DNA from: an uncultured Actinomycetes bacterium
GTDB lineage: Bacteria; Actinomycetota; Thermoleophilia; UBA2241
Assembly (NCBI GenBank): GCA_963783865.1
Contig: CAWAPD010000002.1
Coordinates: 54,950-118,949, forward strand
DNA length: 64,000 nucleotides
Direction of reading: 5' to 3'
Positions 27,159-35,923 of this stretch are shown piece by piece. Each line of letters starts with the position of its first letter. Within the stretch, counting starts at the first letter, position 1. The translations under genes and the position numbers were made by a program. The notes below the pieces were generated by a model, which was not told the origin of the DNA, ran no database searches, and saw nothing but the letters and a program-made list of their open reading frames with translations.

Positions 27159-27590
27159 ATGGCCAGCGCCACTCCCCGCACGGCCGCCGTCCGGACCCTC
27201 CTCGTCCTGCTCGTCGTGCAGGGCATCGGAGCGGTCGGCGGCGGCGTCGCCCTCGTCGCCGGCCCCGACGGGGCCATCCTGCACATGCCGGCCGGGAACC
27301 TGCACGGGTCGCCGTTCCACGATTTCCTGATCCCCGGCATCGTGCTGCTGGTCGTTCTCGGCATCTGGCCGCTCGCCGCCGCCGCCGGCCTCTGGCGTCA
27401 CCACGCCTGGGCCTGGTACAGCGCCTTCGCCATCGGCTGCGCCCTCATGATCTTCGAGGTCGTCGAGGCCCTGTCGATCCCCTTCAGCCCCTTGCAGCCC
27501 ATCTACTTCGTGGTCGGCCTCGCCCTGGCGTCGCTGGCCCTGCTCCCGTCGGTCCGGCGCTTTGCCGGCCTGCGCCCGCTCGGCCGCTAG
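27159..27590 (+). CDS. 4-TM membrane protein, unknown function
   Basis: 143 aa with four hydrophobic helices and high GC3. Confidence 0.6.
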   Translation: MASATPRTAAVRTLLVLLVVQGIGAVGGGVALVAGPDGAILHMPAGNLHGSPFHDFLIPGIVLLVVLGIWPLAAAAGLWRHHAWAWYSAFAIGCALMIFEVVEALSIPFSPLQPIYFVVGLALASLALLPSVRRFAGLRPLGR

Positions 27591-27708
27591 GGCATCGCGT
27601 CGCGAGGCGCCGGCGGGTAGGGCAGCGCAGCCCGGCGCCGAATCCCTACCCGTGACCGCGGTCTAACGGCCGGCCTCGGCGCGCCGATAAGACTTCTGGA
27701 GCTTCTGC

Positions 27709-28788
27709 ATGAAGACACACGTGATCAAACCCGGTCCTGCACCGGCGGTGGCCGCCACGGCGGCCACCGCCGCCATCGTGCTCTGCCTGCTGTGCCTGCT
27801 CTGCCTACCGGCCGCCCCCGCCCGCGCCGACACGGTCGTGGTGACCGCCAAGCAGCCGACCACTCTCGCCGGGCTCGAGAAGGCGGCCTCGGCGTCGCGC
27901 ACCCAGATGCGCCGGCTCGAGAAGCAGATGAAGGCGATCACGGCACGCTACCAGGCCGCCCAGGGCCGCCTCGACGCGCTCAGCGCCGAACTCGGCCAGA
28001 CCCGCCTCGAGCTCGCCCGCGCGCAGGCCGACCTCGACCGCCAAGCCGAGCTGATCGGCACCCGCCTGAAGACCATGTACAAGACGGGGACCTTCACCTG
28101 GATGGACGTGCTCGACAACACCGCCTCGCTCACCGACCTCCAGAGCGAGATGGACTTCTTCAGGCTCATCTCCGAGCAGGACCGGCAGAACGGCAGCGAC
28201 CTGGCCCGCGTCAACGCCCAGATCGCCCAGCTCGAGAAGGACCAGGCCGACCAGCGAGAGGCCACGGTCCAGGTGACGGCCGAGATCGACACCCAGCGCA
28301 TGGCGATGAAAGACAAGATCGCCCAGCGGCAGGCGATCCTCGACGACCTCGTGACGAAGATCAAGAAGATCCTCGCCCGCCGCCCCCACGACGCGCTCGT
28401 GGCGCCGGTCCACGTGACCGGCGGCTTCACGCCCGTCACCTGGGCCAACAAGCTCCTGCAGCTCCTGGGGATGCCCCTGACGTCGGACAACCTCGCGGCC
28501 CTGGTCGCCTGGGAGATGGCCGAGGGCGGGCACTGGCACAACACGGCTCACTACAACCCGCTGAACACGACCCAGCCGATGCCCGGCGCGACCGCGATGA
28601 ACTCGGTCGGGGTCAAGGCCTACACGAGCTGGTCGCAGGGCTTCGAGGCGACGATCATCACGCTGCACAACGGACGCTACGGCGGCATCCTCGCGGCCTT
28701 GCGGGCCGGGGACGACGCCGTGGCGGTGGCACACGCCGTCGCCCTGTCGCCCTGGGGTACCGGCAACTTCGCCGGCCTGATCAAGTAG
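27709..28788 (+). CDS. Secreted coiled-coil protein with uncharacterised C-terminal globular domain
   Basis: GGAG lies 7 nt upstream. It has a signal peptide. About 200 aa of coiled coil resemble the N-terminal parts of PcsB/RipA-type cell-wall hydrolases ('QAELIGTRLKTMYKTG'). The C-terminal 'WEMAEGGHWHNTAHYNPLNTT' domain is unrecognised. Confidence 0.75.
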   Translation: MKTHVIKPGPAPAVAATAATAAIVLCLLCLLCLPAAPARADTVVVTAKQPTTLAGLEKAASASRTQMRRLEKQMKAITARYQAAQGRLDALSAELGQTRLELARAQADLDRQAELIGTRLKTMYKTGTFTWMDVLDNTASLTDLQSEMDFFRLISEQDRQNGSDLARVNAQIAQLEKDQADQREATVQVTAEIDTQRMAMKDKIAQRQAILDDLVTKIKKILARRPHDALVAPVHVTGGFTPVTWANKLLQLLGMPLTSDNLAALVAWEMAEGGHWHNTAHYNPLNTTQPMPGATAMNSVGVKAYTSWSQGFEATIITLHNGRYGGILAALRAGDDAVAVAHAVALSPWGTGNFAGLIK

Positions 28789-28803
28789 GAAGTCCCCCGG
28801 TTC

Positions 28804-29091
28804 TCAGCTGCCGGCGGTCTTTCCGGCCTCGCGCAGCATCTCCCGCAGGTCGCGCGCGCTGAACTGCGTCAGGCGGTGGGCGACGGCGGTGGGGCGCAGG
28901 AAGGGCGGGACGTAGTCTTCGACAGCTTCCTGCGCCCCGCCGGCGCGCACGAAGACGTAGCCGGTGTGGTTGCCGACGCGGCAGCCCCACTCGTAGGCTT
29001 CCTGGAACCCCGGTCCCTGGTTCAGGGTGGCCTCGATCGCCTCGAGGCAGCGCCCGGGGTCGTGCGGGACGACGACGAGGAAGCGGGCCAT
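28804..29091 (-). CDS. Hypothetical small protein (95 aa)
   Basis: ATG 29091 with SD AGGAGGA. The upstream part of the 166-aa track ORF is not supported. Confidence 0.55.
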   Translation of the reverse strand: MARFLVVVPHDPGRCLEAIEATLNQGPGFQEAYEWGCRVGNHTGYVFVRAGGAQEAVEDYVPPFLRPTAVAHRLTQFSARDLREMLREAGKTAGS

Positions 29092-29200
29092 GGTCCTCCT
29101 GAGGACGGATGATAGCCCTTGCCCGCCGGCGTGCCGGGGCAAACCGGAACGGCCGGGCAGAGCGTGTTGCCTCACGTTCCCCGCCGGGAAGCATGAGGTC

Positions 29201-30043
29201 GTGCGACCCTCCTTCGACACGGCGACGGTGGCAGACTCGATGTTCGCCGAGGCGCGCCACATCATCGCGGTCGCGGGCGAGCGCGACGTGACGCTGCGCC
29301 TCACCGGCGGTCTCGCCGTGCACGCGCTCGCCCGCGACCGCGCCTTCTCGCTGCGCCCCTACCGCGACATCGACGTCGTCGGCCTGCGCCGTCAGGCGAA
29401 GCGGCTCGCGAACGTCTTCCGCGAGCTGGGCTACGAGGAGAACGCCTTCGTGCGGCTGGGCAGCGCCGGCCAGGCGGTCCAGTTCTATCGCGACTGCACC
29501 CACGCCGGCCCGGAGGCCGCGATCCACACCGACGACCGCGTCGACGTGTACCTCGACGCCGTGCGCCTCGACCACACCCTCGCGCTCGCCGACCGGCTCC
29601 CCGACGCCGCCGGCACGGTCGCGCCGACCGATGTGCTGCTGCTCAAGTTGCAGCGCACGCGGCCCGACCCCGACGACCTGCGGGACGCGGTGGCGCTGCT
29701 CAAGGACCTCGAGCTCGACGGAGGCGAACGACCCGGGGCGGTCGACGCGCAGCGCATCGCCTGCCTGTGCGCCCGCGACTGGAACCTCCACCACGACGTG
29801 ACTCACTCGCTGGACGCGGTGCTCGAGGCGCTGCCCGGCCTCGACCTCGGCGACGGCGACGCGACGAGGGTCGCCGGCGCCGTCGCCGAGCTCGGCCGGG
29901 CGATCGCGCGGCGCCGCAAGACGACGCGCTGGCGGCTGCGCTCGGTGGCCGGCGAGCGCCTGCCCTGGAGCGACGCGGTCGACGACCGCGACGGCGCGCG
30001 CATCGGCCTGCTCGAGGGCACGCCCACGAGCAGGACCGGCTAG
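29201..30043 (+). CDS. Uncharacterised nucleotidyltransferase-family-like protein
   Basis: 'LRLTGGLAVHAL...YRDIDVVG' resembles the minimal nucleotidyltransferase fold G-x-a / D-x-D region. The start is uncertain (GTG 29201 or ATG 29240). Confidence 0.5.
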   Translation: MRPSFDTATVADSMFAEARHIIAVAGERDVTLRLTGGLAVHALARDRAFSLRPYRDIDVVGLRRQAKRLANVFRELGYEENAFVRLGSAGQAVQFYRDCTHAGPEAAIHTDDRVDVYLDAVRLDHTLALADRLPDAAGTVAPTDVLLLKLQRTRPDPDDLRDAVALLKDLELDGGERPGAVDAQRIACLCARDWNLHHDVTHSLDAVLEALPGLDLGDGDATRVAGAVAELGRAIARRRKTTRWRLRSVAGERLPWSDAVDDRDGARIGLLEGTPTSRTG

Positions 30044-30134
30044 CGCGCCGTCGCTCCGCCGGCACGGCGCCCCCAGGGCTGGGGCCGGGGGAGCCGTTGC
30101 GATACGCTTGCCCGGCCATGGAGGCAACGCACGC

Positions 30135-31346
30135 ATGAGCCTCGAGCTGCGTCGGGTCGTGGGCCTGCCCGAGTTCGTGTTCGACCGCGTCGCGGGCTGG
30201 AAGGCGCAAGCGGAGCGGAACGGCTTCGAGGTCGTCGACTTCGGCATCGGCAGCCCCGACCGTCCCGCGCCGCCGCCCGTCGTCGAGCGCGCCGTCACGG
30301 CCCTGCGCGACCCTGCGACCCACGGCTACCCCGTATCGGCCGGCATCCCCGAGCTTCGGTCCGCGCTCGCCGCCTGGTACCGGCGGCGCTACGACGTCGT
30401 GCTCGACCCCGACGCACAGGTGCTGGTCACGTGGGGCGCGAGCGAGGCGATGACCCACCTGCCGTGGGTCCTGCTCGAGCCCGGCGACGCCTGCCTGGTG
30501 CCGTCGCCCTGCTACCCGATCCACCACTACGCCGTCCTGTTCTCGGGCGCGAAGCCCGTGCCGGTCGAGATCGATCCTCGAGGCGACGTCGCCGCCGCGC
30601 TCGAGCGCGCCCTGGCCGGCGCGCAGGACGGCGGCGCGGGGGCACGCCCCCGCGCCGCCGTCCTCAGCTTCCCCCACAACCCGACCACGCGCTGCGTGGA
30701 GCTCGCCGACCTCGAGCGGCTGGTCGCCGTGGCCCGCGCCCACGACCTGGTCCTCGTCCACGACTTCGCCTACGCCGAGATCGGCTTCGACGGCTACCGG
30801 CCGCCGAGCGTGCTGCAGGTGCCGGGCGCGGCCGACCTCGCGGTCGAGCTCGTCTCGCTGTCGAAGAGCCACAACATGGCCGGCTTCCGGCTTGGCTTCG
30901 CGGCCGGCAACGCCGAGGTCGTCGGCGCCCTGCGGCGGCTCAAGAGCTTCCTCGACTACGGCGTCTCGACGCCGGTGCAGCTCGCCGGCCTGGCCGCGTT
31001 CGAGGACTGCGACGCGTTCGGAGCCGGGATGGCGGCCGTCTACCAGGCGCGCCGCGACCGGCTCTGCGACGGGCTGGCCGCCTGCGGCTGGCCCGTCGCC
31101 CGCCCGCGCGGCAGCATGTTCGTCTGGGCGCCGGTGCCTGGGCGGTTCGCCGCGGCCGGCTCGCTGGCCTTCGCCCGCCACCTGCTCGAGGCGGCCCACA
31201 TCGCCGTCTCGCCGGGCGTCGGGTTCGGTCCTGCCGGCGACGGTCACGTCCGCTTCTCGCTGGTGCAGGACGACGCGCGCATCGACCAGGCGCTCGAGGG
31301 CATCGCGCACGCCCTCGTCGAGCCGCTCGTCGGGCGGGCCGGCTGA
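30135..31346 (+). CDS. Class I/II PLP-dependent aminotransferase (AlaT/DapL-like)
   Basis: 'GYPVSAGIPELR', 'NPTT' and the PLP-lysine context 'SLSKSHNMAGFRLGF'. Confidence 0.88.
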   Translation: MSLELRRVVGLPEFVFDRVAGWKAQAERNGFEVVDFGIGSPDRPAPPPVVERAVTALRDPATHGYPVSAGIPELRSALAAWYRRRYDVVLDPDAQVLVTWGASEAMTHLPWVLLEPGDACLVPSPCYPIHHYAVLFSGAKPVPVEIDPRGDVAAALERALAGAQDGGAGARPRAAVLSFPHNPTTRCVELADLERLVAVARAHDLVLVHDFAYAEIGFDGYRPPSVLQVPGAADLAVELVSLSKSHNMAGFRLGFAAGNAEVVGALRRLKSFLDYGVSTPVQLAGLAAFEDCDAFGAGMAAVYQARRDRLCDGLAACGWPVARPRGSMFVWAPVPGRFAAAGSLAFARHLLEAAHIAVSPGVGFGPAGDGHVRFSLVQDDARIDQALEGIAHALVEPLVGRAG

Positions 31347-31458
31347 TGCACGGCTGCGCGGGCGATCCTTGCGGTCTCATCGTACGGCGGCACGAGTCTT
31401 CAGCGAGCCCGGCGTGCTGCCGATTCCATGATCAGGACACGAAGCCGGAGGCCGCTGC

Positions 31459-31917
31459 ATGAGCTACTACAAGCCCAAGTTCCCCAAGGCGAAGCTTCAC
31501 GAGGTGGTGACGCGGTACATCGCCAACATGCGCCAACTCGAGCGCGAACCGAACTGCGACGTCCTCTTCAAGGATACCGGCCCCCTTCCCGCCGAAGGCC
31601 GCGACACGCGTGGCTGGCTGCTGCGCGACCCCCAGGCGGGCTCCGACGGGCACCGCTGCCTCCTGCTCAACGACGGCGACGTGTGGCGCGAGGTCGAAGG
31701 GGCCGCAGGCACCCCGACCGCCGGTCAACGCACCTGGCTGAACGCACCGGACGACGACGCCGTCATGCTGCTCAACCGTTCGCTCACCAACGCCCGCATG
31801 GGTGGCGACGGGTTCCTCGAACCGCCCGAGCAGGTGAACCTGCACGTCGTGGACGACCGGCGGGGGTCCGGCGTCGACGAACCGTACGGCGGGCCGGAGC
31901 GGCGCACGCGCGGGTAG
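31459..31917 (+). CDS. Hypothetical protein (152 aa)
   Basis: ATG with SD CGGAGG and slightly lower GC. No family recognised. Confidence 0.5.
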   Translation: MSYYKPKFPKAKLHEVVTRYIANMRQLEREPNCDVLFKDTGPLPAEGRDTRGWLLRDPQAGSDGHRCLLLNDGDVWREVEGAAGTPTAGQRTWLNAPDDDAVMLLNRSLTNARMGGDGFLEPPEQVNLHVVDDRRGSGVDEPYGGPERRTRG

Positions 31918-31954
31918 GCCGGGCGGCTCGTCCCCGGTGCACGAGAAGGCGAGG

Positions 31955-31979
31955 GGCGGCGGCGCTGCGCGCCGCCGCC
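31955..31979. terminator. Hairpin between convergent genes (11-bp stem)
   Basis: GGCGGCGGCGC-TGC-GCGCCGCCGCC. Confidence 0.45.
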
Positions 31980-32004
31980 GGCCCCGCCGCGCCCCGACCC
32001 GCCC

Positions 32005-33312
32005 TCAGACCACCGGCGCCAGCAGCCCCGCGTGGTCGCGGGCGCGGCTGTACTCGGAGTCCATCTCCAGCACGCCACCGGGGAACTCGTACTCCTTCAT
32101 CAGCCCCACGTAGTCGTCGGCCCCGAAAGACTGCGGCACGTGCACGCCGCCCTCCGGGTTGCCCTTGTAGCCCTGCAGCTTGCCGTGGGCGAGCAGCTCG
32201 AGGGCGATGTTGGCGGTGAACGCGGTCTGTGCGACCACGCTCTGGGTGCCGTACTTCGCCACGCACTCCTCGTTGTCGGCGACCTGGTACAGGTAGACCT
32301 GCCGCTCCATGCCGTCCTTGCGGCCCTTGACCCAGGTGCCGGCGCAGGTCTGGCCGACGTACTTCTTGCCGATCTCGTTCGGGTCGGGCGCCGCAGCCTC
32401 GATCACGTCGCGCGGCGCCACCTCGACCCCGCCGACCTTGATCTTGTCGACCTTGTGCATGTTGACCGACTTGAAGATCTCCATCGCCTGGATGAACTCG
32501 TCGCCCAGCGCGTACTTGAAGTTCGCCTTCTTGACGCCCTTGAGCAGCTCGTGGGTGCGCCCGATGGCGATGACCTCTTCGTGCTCGACGTGGGCGCACT
32601 CGACCCAGCCGATGCCCTCGGGAAGGTAGAACGGCTCCGGCTCGGAGAGCGGCGGCACGGTGTAGAAGCCGCGGTCGAGCTCCCAGCAGACGGCCGGGTT
32701 GGTGCACTCCTCGATCGTCATCCAGATCGAGAAGCCGAAGCTGATGCCGGTCGCGCCGGGGATCTCGAGGTTGGCGCCGTCGCGGATGCCGATCATGTCG
32801 ATCTCGTCGAAGAAATGGTCGGCCGCGTAGCGGCAGAACCAGTCGGCCATGCCGGGCTCGACGCCCCAGCCGGCCAAGGCGAGCTTGCCGATCTTCTCGA
32901 ACTCGGGGCTGAGGGCGAACTCCTCCTCGCCCAGCTTCTTGGTGCCGCACTTGTTGAACGGGTCGGTCGGGTGCCGGTTCGAGAGCGAGGTCGAGGCGTC
33001 GAGGTGGTGGACCTCCGCCTTGAGCGCCGCGTCGAGCGTGAACACGTTGTACTTGACCGGCAGCAGGCTGCAGAGGATGTCGGCGTCGTACTTCTTGACC
33101 AGGGCGACGACCGCGTCGACGTCGGCCGCGTCGACCTGCTCGGCGGGGAACCGCTTCTCGTCGCCCAGGCGCGCGCTGCAGGCCTGCGCCCTGGCGAGGT
33201 CGTAGTCGGCCATGACCATCGTCTCGAGCCACTCGGCCCGGGGGTCGCGCCGTCTGAAGATCGCCGCCATGGACTCGCCGACGCCGCCGCTGCCCACACA
33301 CACTACCTTCAT
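32005..33312 (-). CDS. Saccharopine dehydrogenase-family NAD(P) oxidoreductase
   Basis: 'MKVVCVGSGGVGES' Rossmann start plus the family-typical C-terminal domain. Start at ATG 33312. Confidence 0.75.
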   Translation of the reverse strand: MKVVCVGSGGVGESMAAIFRRRDPRAEWLETMVMADYDLARAQACSARLGDEKRFPAEQVDAADVDAVVALVKKYDADILCSLLPVKYNVFTLDAALKAEVHHLDASTSLSNRHPTDPFNKCGTKKLGEEEFALSPEFEKIGKLALAGWGVEPGMADWFCRYAADHFFDEIDMIGIRDGANLEIPGATGISFGFSIWMTIEECTNPAVCWELDRGFYTVPPLSEPEPFYLPEGIGWVECAHVEHEEVIAIGRTHELLKGVKKANFKYALGDEFIQAMEIFKSVNMHKVDKIKVGGVEVAPRDVIEAAAPDPNEIGKKYVGQTCAGTWVKGRKDGMERQVYLYQVADNEECVAKYGTQSVVAQTAFTANIALELLAHGKLQGYKGNPEGGVHVPQSFGADDYVGLMKEYEFPGGVLEMDSEYSRARDHAGLLAPVV

Positions 33313-33348
33313 GTCAGCTCCGTTCCGGTGAGGGCGCCCGTTCGGCTC

Positions 33349-33376
33349 GGGCGGGCGCCGCCGGCGGCGCCCGCCC
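33349..33376. promoter_or_regulatory. 28-bp perfect palindrome in a divergent promoter region
   Basis: GGGCGGGCGCCGCC|GGCGGCGCCCGCCC with no spacer. It lies between the divergent starts 33312 (-) and 33467 (+). A TAGAAT -10-like hexamer sits at 33423-33428. Confidence 0.35.
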
Positions 33377-33466
33377 CCGGGGCCGCTTCGTGCGCGGTCC
33401 CGCGTCCCTCGTGGCCGCAGGCTAGAATAGGGTCCCGAAAAGTCAACACACGAAAATGGGGGGCCG

Positions 33467-34180
33467 GTGGGACCGAACGACGAGGGCGTGACCGCCGGGG
33501 GCGGCGACGAGGGCCGGCCCCGCCCGCGGGGCCGGCCGAAGAAGTCGGTCCCCGTCTCCGACGCCGGCGGGCTCTCCATCGAGAACCCGACCGAGGCGCT
33601 GCCGCCGGCGGCGCGCGGCATCCTCGAGGCCGCGCGCGAGGTGCTCGCCGAGCGCGGCCTCGAAGGGCTGACCGTCGAGGCGGTCGCCAACCAGGCCAAC
33701 GTCAGCCGCACCTCCATCCCCTACCACTTCGGCAGCCGCGCCGGTCTGGTGGCGATCCTCGTCGACTCGCTGTTCCACGACTTCGCGGTCGAGATCTGGC
33801 AGCGCCAGCAGGCGCATCCCGGCGAGCGGGGCCTGGACGACTTCCTGGAGATGGTGCGCCACGAGTGCGCCGACGTGCGCGGCCAGCAGGACTTCTTCGA
33901 GCTCGTCGTCTATGCCATGCGCGACGCCGAGGTCCGGCGCCGGGTGGCGGCGCTGTTCGCCGACTACCGGCGGCTCAACCTGCACCTGGCGGGGGTGGAC
34001 GCGGACGGGGCCGACGGCGCGCGGCTGCGCCGGCTCACCGCCGTCGGCGCCGTCCTGCAGGCCCTGACCGACGGGCTGGCGCTGCAGGCCGTGTTCGACC
34101 CGGCCTTCGACCTCCAGGCTGCGATCGACGCGGTGCAGGCGCTGCTCGGGCCGACGCTGGGAAAGGCGACCGCGGAGTAA
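33467..34180 (+). CDS. TetR-family transcriptional regulator
   Basis: HTH 'LTVEAVANQANVSRTSIPYHFGSRAGL'. GTG start after GGGGGG. Confidence 0.85.
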   Translation: MGPNDEGVTAGGGDEGRPRPRGRPKKSVPVSDAGGLSIENPTEALPPAARGILEAAREVLAERGLEGLTVEAVANQANVSRTSIPYHFGSRAGLVAILVDSLFHDFAVEIWQRQQAHPGERGLDDFLEMVRHECADVRGQQDFFELVVYAMRDAEVRRRVAALFADYRRLNLHLAGVDADGADGARLRRLTAVGAVLQALTDGLALQAVFDPAFDLQAAIDAVQALLGPTLGKATAE

Positions 34181-34184
34181 GAGA

Positions 34185-34229
34185 CGCGGCGGGCGGCGGC
34201 GCGGCGCTCCCGCGCCGCCGCCCGCCGCG
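34185..34229. terminator. Long GC hairpin between convergent genes (about 20-bp stem)
   Basis: CGCGGCGGGCGGCGGCGC(GG)-CGCTC-(CC)GCGCCGCCGCCCGCCGCG. Confidence 0.6.
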
Positions 34230-35682
34230 CTACGTGTCGAAGCCCAGGCCCAGCCGGTCGAGCGCGCGCAACCACAGGTTGCGCGCGCCCTCGCGCGCAT
34301 CGGCGCGACCCATCGACCACGAGGTCAGGCCGATCGCCCCGGCCCGCAGCGGCTCGGGCGGCCAGGGGATGGGCTTGGTCGTGGTGAGCCGCAGCCGGGT
34401 GAGCTCGCCGTCGCACCCGTCGAGGAGGTCGAGGGCGACCAGCGCTCCGAACCGGGTCTCTCCTACGCCCATGCCGGTGTAGCCGGCCGCGTAGGCCACG
34501 CGGCCGTCGTGGGACGTGCCCCAGAACGGGCAGAAGCGGGTGCAGGTGTCGATCACGCCGGCCCAGGCGTGCGAGAAGCGTAGGCCCTGCAACTGCGGGA
34601 ACGTCTCGAAGAACTGCACGGCGAGCTTCTCGAAGGTCGCCGGACGCCGCTCGAGGTCGGGTGAGATGGCGCTCCCGAAGTGGTAGACGGCATCGTAGCC
34701 GCCCCACAGGATGCGGCCATCGGCCGTGCGCCGGTAGTAGTGGAAGCGGTTGCCGGCGTCGGAGACGCCCTGGTACCGGCGCCAGCCGACGGCCGCCCAC
34801 TGCTCGTCGCTCAGCGGCTCCGTCATCAGGGCGTGGTCGTAGACGGGCACGATGCGCCGGCGCAGCGAGCCGACCAGCCCCGGGAAGGCGTTGGTCGCGA
34901 GCATCACGCGGCGGGCGCTCAGGGCGCCGCCGGAGGTCCGCAGGACCAGGGCGGCGCCCTGCCTGTCCATCGCTTCGACGCGCGTCCCTTCGAAGAACCG
35001 CACGCCGAGGTCGTGCGCGGCGCGCGCCAGCCCCCAGGTGAGCGCCGCCGGGTCGACCATGGCGCACTCGTCCTTCTTCCAGAGGCCGGCCAGGTAGGTC
35101 GGCGAGGCGATCTCGTCGCGCAACGCCGGCCCGTCGAGCCACTCGACCTCGTGGCCAGCGGCGGCCAACTCGTCGCGCGCCTCGGCCAGGTCGCCGACCT
35201 GCCACGGGGCGACGGCGACGTCGATCTCGCCCGTGCGGCGCCAGTCACAGTCGACGCCGTGGCCGCGCGACGGCGCGCTCCACCTCGTCGAGGTTCTCCA
35301 TGCCCAGGCGCTCGAGCGTGTCGACCTCGTCCGGGAACCGTGCCAGCCCGTTCCCGATGCCGTGGGTCAGCGTCGCCATGCAGAAGCCACCGTTGCGCCC
35401 CGACGCCTCCCAGCCGACCCGCTCCGCCTCGAGCAGGACGACCTCGCGGTCGGGGTCGCGCTCCTTGGCCAGCAGGGCCGTCCACACGCCGGTCAGCCCG
35501 CCGCCGACGACCGCGAGGTCGCAGCCGTCGAGGCCGTCGAGCGGCGGGGCCGGCTCGGGGGCCGCCGGGCTGTCGAGCCAGAACGGCACCGGCCGCGCCC
35601 CATCGAGGGCGCGCAGGGCGGCGTCACGGTCGATCGAGGGCGGGACGGCGCCGGAGTGAAGGTGGAGCCGGGGCCTCGCCAC
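34230..35682 (-). pseudogene. FAD-dependent oxidoreductase (DAO family, gamma-glutamylputrescine-oxidase-like) split by a 1-nt frameshift near 35263
   Basis: The N-terminal ORF (35245-35682) carries 'DLAVVGGGLTGVWTA'. The C-terminal ORF (34230-35168) carries the rest. Shifting frame at CGCGGCCAC restores '..EVERAVARHGVDCDWRRTGEIDVAVAPWQVGDLAEARDELAAAGHEVEW..'. Confidence 0.85.
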
Positions 35683-35839
35683 GTGGCATCACTCCTTTCC
35701 GGAGAGGCGATCCTCCTGCCGTCCAGTGTGCGACGGATCGGCGCCGAGGGCCAGTCCGAGTGTCTGCTCGAACTTGCTCCGAACGAGCTCCCGATCTTCC
35801 TCAAAGTGCGGCCGCGTGGCCACGCCCCAGGTGAAGGGA

Positions 35840-35875
35840 GAGGGGGCGGGGCGGCTCGCGCCGCCCCGCCCCCTC
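35840..35875 (-). terminator. Perfect hairpin after the aminotransferase gene (15-bp stem)
   Basis: GAGGGGGCGGGGCGG-CTCGCG-CCGCCCCGCCCCCTC, about 50 nt downstream of the stop at 35924. Confidence 0.55.
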
Positions 35876-35923
35876 GAAGGCGGTCACATCCTGGGGGGCA
35901 GGAATCGGACCGCCAAGGGCCGG

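Noticed and set aside
27591-27708. ydaO/c-di-AMP-type riboswitch ahead of the cell-wall-hydrolase-like gene
   Set aside because: The region is only about 118 nt. Apart from one 8-bp inverted repeat (GGGTAGGG..CCCTACCC at about 27619-27655), I see none of the conserved ydaO segments. This would need a covariance-model scan to settle.
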